64,000 nt of DNA from an uncultured Bacteroidales bacterium (GTDB lineage: Bacteria > Bacteroidota > Bacteroidia > Bacteroidales > UBA932), in NCBI GenBank assembly GCA_944325505.1, contig CALVAJ010000009.1, positions 2,862 to 66,861 of the forward strand, given 5' to 3'. The notes beneath the pieces were generated by a model that worked only from the letters and a program-made list of their open reading frames with translations, was not told where the DNA came from and searched no databases. Both the position numbers and the translations under genes were made by a program. Positions 33,683 to 41,482 of this stretch are shown piece after piece. Numbering within the stretch: position 1 is the stretch's first letter; every line of letters begins with the position of its first letter.

Positions 33683-35107
33683 TCATTCGGTTATGAAAGC
33701 CACCATGTCCTTCAGGACCTGTCTTGAAACGGTTTCGATAATTGTCCCGTATTCCGACGGGTTGCCTGTAGTACAATGCTGGAAAAGATGGTTCAGTCCC
33801 GGATATTCTTTTATGACAGATCCGCCGTTTTCAGGAAGACGGGCCCTCAAAGCAGACAGATTCATATCGGCATCTACTTGTGTATCAAGACTTCCATTCA
33901 AAGCAAATACAGGACAGGCAATCTTTCCTATGTCCTCTGCCGGATCGTACGCCACGAAACTGTCGACCCAGGCGCCAGTGCCCGAAAGTATGGTTTCAAG
34001 GTTCTTCAGTACGGCATCCGGAAGGTCTGCTCCAGATGATTTTGCAAGTGAATCCAGAATATATCCGGCATTTCCGACAGGCTCGCCAGGACGGACATGC
34101 TCTGCACGGTAATCCAGGACGTCAGCAAGTACCGTACAGTAATCGTCTGTCATCTGTTCAGGCATACCTGCCTGCAGGAGTGCTGTCCTGTTCTGCCGCA
34201 CAAGAATCTCCTTTCCGCTCACCGCTGCACCAGCCAGGCTTATGACAAAGTCGGCTTCACCTTTCCCTCCGAGCATGAAAGCTATCGTCCCTCCTTCACT
34301 ATGACCGAGCACCCCTACTCTGTCGAACCGGCCGAGCGAATCCAGATAACGTAATCCGGCAAGAGCATCTTCCATATTGGACTGTATCGTGACAGAGGCA
34401 GGATCTCCGGCAGATGCTCCGACTCCGCGGTCATCATATCTGAGCGTTGCAATCCCGTTTCTGGCAAAATAGTCAGCAATCACCAGGAACGGCTTATGGT
34501 TGAACAACTCCTCATCCCTGTTCTGCTGGCCGCTGCCGGTAACCATAAGGACAACAGGCACTTGAGCATCAGCCCCAGAGTCATGTCCCACCGGATACGA
34601 AAGCGTGCCGGCAAGCACGGTGTCACCGTTTGAGAAAAACACTTCCTCTGTCCGGTACGGAAAGGGAGGCACAGGTGTCTGGGGCCTTAATATTATCGGT
34701 TTCCCGTATCTGAGTTCCATTGGGAACGAGGCTCCTGACTGGGAAAAGTGCCCGGCCACGGACAATATGGAACCGCTGTCCTGATTCCTGTCGAATGTAC
34801 CTGAAAATGACGCACCGATAGCAGGAACAGATACTATAAGAGAATCTGCTGTGAATTTTTCCACTTCAGCCGGAATCCCTTTCACATTCTGATCTGGGCT
34901 GTCCATAGTACACACAGGGACGCCGTCCCGGCCTTCAGTGAAATTGAAAACGATATTCATGGAAACAGTTCCGACTGTAAGTTTTCCTGACCATGAGCCT
35001 GTCAGTTCCGGAAGTTCAAAGACTTTATCCTGCGCTACAGCATCTCCGCTTGATGCCGATACGGCCGCAAGCAACAGGACAGACACAGAAATCGCAATAT
35101 ATCTCAT
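33683..35107 (-). CDS. Secreted alpha/beta hydrolase
   Basis: 474 aa with a signal peptide, an N-terminal non-catalytic region and a nucleophile elbow GHSEGG. The substrate is unknown. Confidence 0.8.
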   Translation of the reverse strand: MRYIAISVSVLLLAAVSASSGDAVAQDKVFELPELTGSWSGKLTVGTVSMNIVFNFTEGRDGVPVCTMDSPDQNVKGIPAEVEKFTADSLIVSVPAIGASFSGTFDRNQDSGSILSVAGHFSQSGASFPMELRYGKPIILRPQTPVPPFPYRTEEVFFSNGDTVLAGTLSYPVGHDSGADAQVPVVLMVTGSGQQNRDEELFNHKPFLVIADYFARNGIATLRYDDRGVGASAGDPASVTIQSNMEDALAGLRYLDSLGRFDRVGVLGHSEGGTIAFMLGGKGEADFVISLAGAAVSGKEILVRQNRTALLQAGMPEQMTDDYCTVLADVLDYRAEHVRPGEPVGNAGYILDSLAKSSGADLPDAVLKNLETILSGTGAWVDSFVAYDPAEDIGKIACPVFALNGSLDTQVDADMNLSALRARLPENGGSVIKEYPGLNHLFQHCTTGNPSEYGTIIETVSRQVLKDMVAFITE

Positions 35108-35164
35108 TCGACAACAGTATTTTTATTGTCCCTGGCAGGAACTTTGGCAAAGCTATAGAATTTC

Positions 35165-35815
35165 TCAGCAGCCGGAAAGCCTGTTTTTCAGCTTGGTACG
35201 GACCACCTCAAAGACAGCCGGAAGTACCGATATGAAGATAATCGCCACGATAAGGAGCTTCAGGTTTTCCTGCACGAAAGGAAGGTCACCGAAGAAGTAG
35301 CCGACGTAGCAGAAAAGGGCTACCCAAGCGGCACCGCCGACAGCATTGTAAGTAATGAAATATGCATAGTGCATCTTTCCCATACCTGCGACAAAAGGAG
35401 CGAATGTCCTGACTATAGGGACGAAACGCGCAAGGATTATGGTCTTGCCGCCATATTTTTCATAGAAAGCGTGGGTCTTTTCCAGATAGCTCTGCTTGAA
35501 TATCCTTGAATCGGGATTGCTGAAAAGCTTGCGGCCGAAGAAGTGCCCTATCATATAGTTGCATGAATCCCCGAGGAATGCGGCGACAAACACGATCAGC
35601 ACCAGTAGATGAACATCCAGCGGGCATCCTGGCTGGGCTGCAATCGCTCCGGCTACGAAAAGCAGCGAATCGCCCGGAAGGAACGGAGTGAAGACCAGGC
35701 CTGTCTCGCAGAAGATTATAAGGAACAGAATCGCATAGGTCCACATATGGTATTCGTTTACGATATCCACCATATACTGGTCTATGTGAAGTATGAAATC
35801 AATTATAAAATCCAT
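35165..35815 (-). CDS. DedA family (VTT domain) membrane protein
   Basis: 216 aa with DedA-like motifs ([34 protein letters not shown]). Confidence 0.9.
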   Translation of the reverse strand: MDFIIDFILHIDQYMVDIVNEYHMWTYAILFLIIFCETGLVFTPFLPGDSLLFVAGAIAAQPGCPLDVHLLVLIVFVAAFLGDSCNYMIGHFFGRKLFSNPDSRIFKQSYLEKTHAFYEKYGGKTIILARFVPIVRTFAPFVAGMGKMHYAYFITYNAVGGAAWVALFCYVGYFFGDLPFVQENLKLLIVAIIFISVLPAVFEVVRTKLKNRLSGC

Positions 35816-35857
35816 TGTCCTACAATAAATAACGTACCGATAAAATCATGAAAGTCG

Positions 35858-35865
35858 CAAAGATA
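35858..35865 (-). promoter_or_regulatory. TAnnTTTG -7 motif (TATCTTTG) for the DedA-hydrolase-GNAT cassette
   Basis: Reverse complement of CAAAGATA, about 43 nt upstream of the DedA ATG. Confidence 0.55.
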
Positions 35866-36086
35866 GGAATTTATTCCATAATTAAACCGGTCTTGTCTGT
35901 CGATATTCCTCCGAGGATGCAGTTTATCCGCACGTACTTCCGTAAGGCTTTTCAGTCTTTTTCCCACAGAGGCATGTCTATTTGCCACACCGCACATAGC
36001 TGTCTTCCTGAAGAAGACTTTCACTGCCATACTGAAATTTGACGGGCATAGCAGCATTCACAGCCATGCTGATCTCCTCTTCCCGA

Positions 36087-36321
36087 CACACCTGCAGTCG
36101 GACAATACGCATAACATTCTATAAATAAACACATTCCAGCAACAGGCCATTTGCAGGTGTCACACTTTTATGCACACCTGCAGTAACGGATGTGCCCTAC
36201 AGGTGCGTGTAGTGAGGTTTCACTACTGCAGGTGTGTCGGGAAATGTTACACCTGGAATTGACATTCTCCCTGAACTAATTGAATATCAACAATTTCTGC
36301 ATATACATCATTCTCAGGTGT
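36087..36321 (-). repeat. Motif-array module B (inverted partner of module A)
   Basis: Motifs (forward coordinates) lie at 36087-95, 36152-63, 36173-81, 36225-35, 36244-58 and 36313-21. Spacers of 56, 9, 43 and 8 nt mirror module A exactly. Confidence 0.85.
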
Positions 36322-36397
36322 GTGTCCTTGAAAAGTTGACGGGGCATTCGGATCCCAACTCGGTATGGATTATACCGTATTTTGCAGTCCCGCCATA

Positions 36398-36943
36398 ATC
36401 GAGTAGGAGGAAAACGAAGTAGTTTTCTTCCTACTTTCGTTTTCCGACCTCTCACACCACCGTACGTGCCGTTCGGCATACGGCGGTTCCTTAGTGCTGA
36501 TGCAATTTGATATATAAGTCCATAAGGCAAGGGTAGCCTTGAAGTTTCAGTCGCTCATTATTCATAGCTCGGCATAGTATCGGACTTCCTGCCGTGTTCC
36601 AATACCCGCCTCGGGTGTTAGCCCATTGCCAAGCCCTCCACTTGTCGATGCCACATCTAATGAGGTTCTTGAACCTTGTACCAACCTTCTTCCAACTCTT
36701 CCAGACATAACTGCGTATCCGGTGACGAAGCCACTCATCTGTCGTTTGGAGGATATTCCGCATATCAGCCAATTTAAAGTAGTTCATCCAGCCAATGATG
36801 TATAGGTTCAGCCTGCCTTTCAGTTTTTCATACCCCCAACCGTTGCTCCTTGATGTACACCCTTGCCTTGGGCTATACACTTCCCGCTATCGGGCGTGTT
36901 ACGGACTTGCACCGATTAGAGGATGTTCGTGCTGGGCGAACAA
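36398..36943 (-). mobile_element. Group II intron remnant (5'-truncated; maturase tail, domain V and a domain VI-like hairpin)
   Basis: Only the RT thumb/maturase C-terminus remains. Domain V reads CCGCCGTA-TGCC-gaac-GGCA-cg-TACGGTGG (36457-36486) with the classic 2-nt bulge. A long hairpin follows, and a possible bulged A lies about 7 nt before a putative 3' end near 36398. No domain I and no RT finger/palm coding is present. Confidence 0.8.
36491..36880 (-). pseudogene. Group II intron reverse transcriptase/maturase, C-terminal fragment only
   Basis: 129 codons (TSRSNGWGYEKLKGRLNLYIIGWMNYFKLADM...WKSWKKVGTRFKNLIRCGI...) match the X/maturase region. The frame is closed by TAG just upstream and the RT domains are absent. 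Confidence 0.85.
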
Positions 36944-36976
36944 CAAAAAATCCCGAAGTCAGTAGACTTCAGGATT
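36944..36976 (-). terminator. Rho-independent terminator after tRNA-Val
   Basis: On the minus strand, ATCCTGAAGTC-tact-GACTTCGGGAT is followed by TTTTTT. Confidence 0.8.
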
Positions 36977-36999
36977 TTGCTTTGATTTGCCCTTTCGGG

Positions 37000-37077
37000 T
37001 GGTGGGAGCAGAGGGAGTCGAACCCCCGACCCTCTGCTTGTAAGGCAGACGCTCTGAACCAACTGAGCTATGCTCCC
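37000..37077 (-). tRNA. tRNA-Val (anticodon TAC), CCA encoded
   Basis: The minus strand reads GGGAGCATAGCTCAGTTGGTTCAGAGCGTCTGCCTTACAAGCAGAGGGTCGGGGGTTCGACTCCCTCTGCTCCCACCA. The anticodon loop is CTTACAA. Confidence 0.92.
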
Positions 37078-37093
37078 TTTTTTCGTTTCTTTT

Positions 37094-37465
37094 CAGAGAT
37101 TTCTGCGTTATGCTTCGTATCATCAGTCAGTCATTTACGAAAGTAAACTCCTTCCTTCTTCTCTCGCATGCCTTGATCTCTCTGAAAATAAACTTCAAAA
37201 GAACGATGCTTGTCTTTTTGGCGATTACTGCGTTGGACATCGTGTCGTCGGTCAGTCATTTACAGGAGTAAACTCCTTCCCTCCTCCCTTGTCCACCTTG
37301 TACTCACCAAAAACAAACTTCAAAATAACATCATTTATTTCAAGAGATTTCTGCGTTATGCTTCGTATCATCAGTCAGTCATTTACGAAAGTAAATTCCT
37401 TCCTTCTTCACTTGCATGCCTTAAACTCTCCTAAAACAACCTTCAAAAATCTTGAAAGAACTTCC
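37094..37465. repeat. Tandem repeat, 3 units of about 124 bp
   Basis: The anchor CTGCGTT lies at 37103, 37228 and 37351 (periods 125 and 123). Units 1 and 3 share an identical 53-nt run and are similar over about the first 80 nt. Unit 2 is more diverged but keeps TCAGTCATTTAC..AGTAAACTCCTTCC and AAACTTCAAAA. Confidence 0.9.
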
Positions 37466-37485
37466 CGTTTTTGATTTCGGGATTG

Positions 37486-37493
37486 CAAAGGTA
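37486..37493 (-). promoter_or_regulatory. TAnnTTTG -7 motif (TACCTTTG) pointing into the tandem repeat and tRNA-Val
   Basis: Reverse complement of CAAAGGTA, about 20 nt upstream (minus-strand sense) of the first repeat unit. No other promoter motif lies between it and tRNA-Val. Confidence 0.45.
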
Positions 37494-37933
37494 GGAAACA
37501 TTTTTTATTCTGCAAATTTTTTTCTTACCCCTGCTGATTTTTTAAGAAGGGCCACGTACTGTTTTTGCCCTCGTTCAAATAGAGAAGCGACTAACAATCA
37601 ATTTGTTAAAACTAAAACGCAAGTACGCAGTACATGTTTAAAAGTGCGGACCGCGAACCGTTTTGTTCTATCTTTCTTAAATTAAATCACTGATAACCAA
37701 TAGAATAACAACAGCAGTATGGTTCGCAGTGTGGAGCGCGCTTATGAGCGGAGGAATTAAAAGAAAGACCGCTGTTCTTCCGGGCGAAGGTCGGAAACCG
37801 GAGTTGAAGAATCTGTTTGATAGAGGCATGACAACGGTCTGAAGGACTTCGGCGAGCGAAGAAACTGATAGTCTGCAGTATTGCGGTACAGAAAAAATTT
37901 CATATTTTTATTTGTTTTTTCGGAAAAGACAAA

Positions 37934-37941
37934 TAATTTTG
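37934..37941 (+). promoter_or_regulatory. TAnnTTTG -7 motif (TAATTTTG) for the ABC efflux operon
   Basis: Exact consensus match 47 nt upstream of the ATPase ATG. Confidence 0.55.
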
Positions 37942-37987
37942 CATCTGAAATATAGAATACTAATCAACTAATACACTACCAGAATAT

Positions 37988-38692
37988 ATGGTAGAGATTG
38001 AAAACCTGCACAAGACATATAATAACGGTTCTCCCCTTCATGTGCTGAAGGGGATCAACCTGTCTGTAAAAGACGGTGAGTTTCTGTCTATTATGGGGGC
38101 ATCCGGATCCGGGAAATCCACTCTGCTGAACATTCTCGGTATTCTGGACACCTATGATGAAGGGGCGTACTATCTGGCCGGCAGGCTGATCAAGAGCCAG
38201 GACGAGACACAGGCGGCTGCACTCAGGAACGAGATGATAGGGTTCATCTTCCAGTCGTTCAACCTGATAAGTTATAAGACAGCGTTGGAAAACGTAGCCC
38301 TCCCCCTATATTATAAAGGATACCGCAGGAAGAAGAGGAACGGCATGGCGCTGGAGTTTCTCGACAGCCTCGGACTCAGGGACTGGGCTGACCACAGGCC
38401 GAATGAAATGTCCGGCGGACAGAAACAGAGGGTGGCGATAGCAAGGGCACTCATTACCAGACCAAAGCTGATTCTGGCGGACGAACCTACCGGAGCATTG
38501 GACAGCAAGACATCCCAGGAGGTGATGGACCTGCTTAGAAAAGTAAATAAGGATCTGGGGATGACCATCATATGTGTAACGCACGAAAAAGGTGTGGCCG
38601 AACAGACAGACAGGACGGTCTACATCAAGGACGGAGTTATTGAGGGAGAGGAACTTAATCATCCTGAGACGGTCCACACCATGCTGAAATAA
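37988..38692 (+). CDS. ABC transporter ATP-binding protein (MacB/LolD-like)
   Basis: 234 aa with Walker A GASGSGKST, signature LSGGQKQRVAIAR and Walker B LILADEPTGALD. Confidence 0.95.
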   Translation: MVEIENLHKTYNNGSPLHVLKGINLSVKDGEFLSIMGASGSGKSTLLNILGILDTYDEGAYYLAGRLIKSQDETQAAALRNEMIGFIFQSFNLISYKTALENVALPLYYKGYRRKKRNGMALEFLDSLGLRDWADHRPNEMSGGQKQRVAIARALITRPKLILADEPTGALDSKTSQEVMDLLRKVNKDLGMTIICVTHEKGVAEQTDRTVYIKDGVIEGEELNHPETVHTMLK

Positions 38693-38916
38693 TAGGACAA
38701 GGGCCCGCGACAGAGTAACACAGAAAGTACCATTCTGGGTTGACCTCAACGGCAGATTACAAAATCCTCCGGAACTGAAATCCTTAACGTCTGCCCGACG
38801 GACTCCGGTTATAAAACGGTAAAACATTGAACATAAGTACGATAAAATTAGAATAAATTCGTCAGACTGACGTAAAACAAACAGACAACGACTTACAGAC
38901 AGACACTGACTCCGGT

Positions 38917-40188
38917 ATGCGAGAACTTCTGAGCGAAATATTCGAATCCCTTAAACAGAACAGGATGAGGACTGCGCTGACAGGCTTTTCCGTGGCGTGG
39001 GGGATTTTCATGCTTGTGGTGCTGCTCGGCTCGGGCAACGGGCTGAAGAACGGGCTGATGTCCAACTTCGGTTCGCAGATGATAAACAGCGGCTCCATAT
39101 ACGGAGGGTACACGACCATCAGCTACGGGGGATTCAATACATACAGGGAAGTATTCCTCAGAAACGAAGATCTGGATATAATTCTGGACGAGTTCGGCGA
39201 TTATGTGAAGGACATAAGTGCACAAGAGTGGTACAACAGTGTCACCGCCCGATATGACGACATGACCATCACCGCAGGAGTAACCGGAGTCACCCCTGAA
39301 CTTGCTCCGATGCTCGGGGAAGAAATGCTCCATGGCCGGTACATCAATGATCTGGACATGAAGGACAGGAGAAAAGTGGCGGTCGTGGATGAAAATATTG
39401 TAAAAGTACTGTTCAAAGGAGACAACCCGGTCGGAAAGACACTCATGATGAACGAGGTGCCGTACAAGATTGTCGGAGTCCTGAAAACGGACAAGTTCTC
39501 CACGTGGCCGAACATAAGCATCCCGCTTTCCACAGGGCAGCTCATCTATTCGAAAGGCGATGAAAAGCTCTCCGAAGCCACATTCGTGTTCCATGACAAC
39601 ATTACCGAAGACGATGTCCCTCAGTTCGAGCAGGCACTGAGGACAAGGATGAGCAAGAAATACGGATTCTCCCCTGACGACATGTCGGTATTCTACATCT
39701 GGAACAACATGGAAGGCTATAAATCCGTCATGACCGTGTTCCGCGCCCTGACCATTTTCATATGGATGATAGGTCTTGGGACCCTGATGGCCGGAATCGT
39801 AGGAGTAGCCAACATAATGCTTGTGACCGTAAGGGAACGGACGTTCGAGATAGGGATAAGAAAGGCTCTTGGGGCCTCTCCGAGATCCGTTGTGGGCATG
39901 ATCCTGGCCGAAGCGGTAGTAATCACCGCACTTTTCGGGTACATAGGCATGTGCGCAGGTGTAGGGGTGATGGAAGGGGTCAACCAGTACCTCATAAACT
40001 CAGCCGGGAATGAAGACCAGGGCGGAATTTTCAGCAGCATCTCCTTTTTCCAGAATCCCACACTTGATATTTCAATTGTCATAAGCGCTACATGCGTACT
40101 GGTGATTGCAGGTGTGATTGCCGGATACATTCCGGCAAGAAGAGCGGCCAGAGTAAAGACTATAGACGCCTTGAGAGACAGCCTATGA
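38917..40188 (+). CDS. ABC transporter permease (MacB periplasmic domain plus FtsX-like 4-TM)
   Basis: 423 aa with an N-terminal TM, a large periplasmic domain and a C-terminal FtsX-type TM bundle. Confidence 0.9.
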   Translation: MRELLSEIFESLKQNRMRTALTGFSVAWGIFMLVVLLGSGNGLKNGLMSNFGSQMINSGSIYGGYTTISYGGFNTYREVFLRNEDLDIILDEFGDYVKDISAQEWYNSVTARYDDMTITAGVTGVTPELAPMLGEEMLHGRYINDLDMKDRRKVAVVDENIVKVLFKGDNPVGKTLMMNEVPYKIVGVLKTDKFSTWPNISIPLSTGQLIYSKGDEKLSEATFVFHDNITEDDVPQFEQALRTRMSKKYGFSPDDMSVFYIWNNMEGYKSVMTVFRALTIFIWMIGLGTLMAGIVGVANIMLVTVRERTFEIGIRKALGASPRSVVGMILAEAVVITALFGYIGMCAGVGVMEGVNQYLINSAGNEDQGGIFSSISFFQNPTLDISIVISATCVLVIAGVIAGYIPARRAARVKTIDALRDSL

Positions 40189-41459
40189 TACGGATATTCG
40201 ACATAGAATGGTGGAACGAGATATTCCAGAGTCTGGGCAGGAACAGGCGCAGGAGCATTTTTACGGCTCTCGGGGTCGTATGGGGCACGTTCATGCTCGT
40301 GCTGCTGCTCGGCGTGGGAATGGGACTGTCTGACATCATCGTAGGCGAAATGGCGGACAACGCCTCCAACAGCACTTTCATGTTCCCGCAGCAGACTTCC
40401 ATACCGTATAAGGGGATGAAATCAGGACGCTGGTGGAACATGAGATACAGCGATGTGGAAGAACTGGCCGGGCTGCCGGGAGTGAAGACCGCAGGGGCTC
40501 TCGGGCCGACAAGGAATTACAAGCTCATCTACAACAGCATAGCACATGACTCGTATACCGCCGCCTATGATCTCGGATTCCAAGAAACGGACGGCATCCA
40601 GGCATTTGAAGGAAGGCTCCTTAACAGGATCGACATGAAGGAAATGCGCAAAGTCTGCCTTGTTCCCAAGGCAATGGCAGAAAGGATAGATCCCGGGCAT
40701 TCCATGATAGGCAAGGCCGTCAAACTCGGCAACACATACTTCACGGTAGTGGGAACCTATGTGAAAACCAACCAGATGTTCAATATGACAAACCCCGACA
40801 GGACCGTCATAATTCCTTATACTACAGATAATTATATTTTCAGCCAAGGCAGTCTGTACGTAACTTCCGTAGCCGTTACAGGGTATATCAACGCAGACCT
40901 TTCAAAAATCGAACGTGAATGCAGGAAAGTCATATCTGAAAACCATCTCGTCTCACCTGACGATGACAAGGCGATATACTCCTTCAATGCCAAGGAACTG
41001 CTTGACAAGATCAAAGGCCTGTTCAACGGGGTGATTTTCCTTACATGGTTCGTAGGGGCAGGAACCCTGCTTGCCGGAATAATCGGCATCAGCAACATAA
41101 TGCTCATTATCGTCAGGGAAAGAAGACAGGAAATAGGGGTCAGACGTGCATTGGGCGCAAAACCGAAAGAAATCATCGGACAGGTACTCGCTGAAAGCGC
41201 GGTCCTGTCTCTTACGGCCGGGGTGCTGGGCTTGACAATGGCCGTACTGGTACAGGGAGTATTGGACAAGTTCCTTCTTCCGATCATTCTCCAGCAGGCC
41301 TATATAGAAGACATGTCGCACCTGTACACATTGCAGCTGCCGTTCGGAACGGCTCTGCTGGCATTCGGACTGATACTGGCAGGAAGTCTTGCCGCCGGGA
41401 TACTGCCTGCTTATAAGGCGATAACCATCAGTGCAGTAGATGCCCTGAGAGAAGAATAG
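40185..41459 (+). CDS. ABC transporter permease (second MacB/FtsX-like paralog)
   Basis: Same architecture as the preceding gene. The start at MIRIFDIEWW gives an ATGA overlap with the upstream stop codon. The longer ORF start at 40092 is rejected. Confidence 0.88.
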   Translation: MIRIFDIEWWNEIFQSLGRNRRRSIFTALGVVWGTFMLVLLLGVGMGLSDIIVGEMADNASNSTFMFPQQTSIPYKGMKSGRWWNMRYSDVEELAGLPGVKTAGALGPTRNYKLIYNSIAHDSYTAAYDLGFQETDGIQAFEGRLLNRIDMKEMRKVCLVPKAMAERIDPGHSMIGKAVKLGNTYFTVVGTYVKTNQMFNMTNPDRTVIIPYTTDNYIFSQGSLYVTSVAVTGYINADLSKIERECRKVISENHLVSPDDDKAIYSFNAKELLDKIKGLFNGVIFLTWFVGAGTLLAGIIGISNIMLIIVRERRQEIGVRRALGAKPKEIIGQVLAESAVLSLTAGVLGLTMAVLVQGVLDKFLLPIILQQAYIEDMSHLYTLQLPFGTALLAFGLILAGSLAAGILPAYKAITISAVDALREE

Positions 41460-41482
41460 GAATAAAATAAATTTGAACTGAT

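Noticed and set aside
35803-36057. 84-aa (-) and 64-aa (+) ORFs upstream of DedA
   Set aside because: They overlap the DedA promoter motif and each other. There is no family resemblance, so they are likely leader or intergenic sequence.
32304-37077. Classical tRNA-targeted integrative element (integrase plus a direct repeat of the tRNA 3' end)
   Set aside because: No integrase or excisionase ORF is present, and I could not find a second copy of the tRNA-Arg or tRNA-Val 3' end in the region. The island is therefore described by its actual repeats rather than called an integrative element.
37070-37474. 134-aa ORF on the + strand running through the three tandem repeats (and the 74-aa ORF at 37210-37434)
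   Set aside because: The repeat period (125/123 nt) is not a multiple of 3, so near-identical units 1 and 3 are read in different frames. The composition is low-complexity and no start context is present. I treat it as a non-coding repeat.
37700-37890. Possible structured RNA upstream of the ABC operon (nested helices AGACCGCTG/CAACGGTCT, TTCTTC/GAAGAA, CCGG/CCGG)
   Set aside because: The helices are short and one has a mismatch. There is no match to any ncRNA I know (not SRP, RNase P, 6S or tmRNA signatures), and covariation cannot be assessed from one sequence. It is worth a cmsearch but not supportable as a feature.
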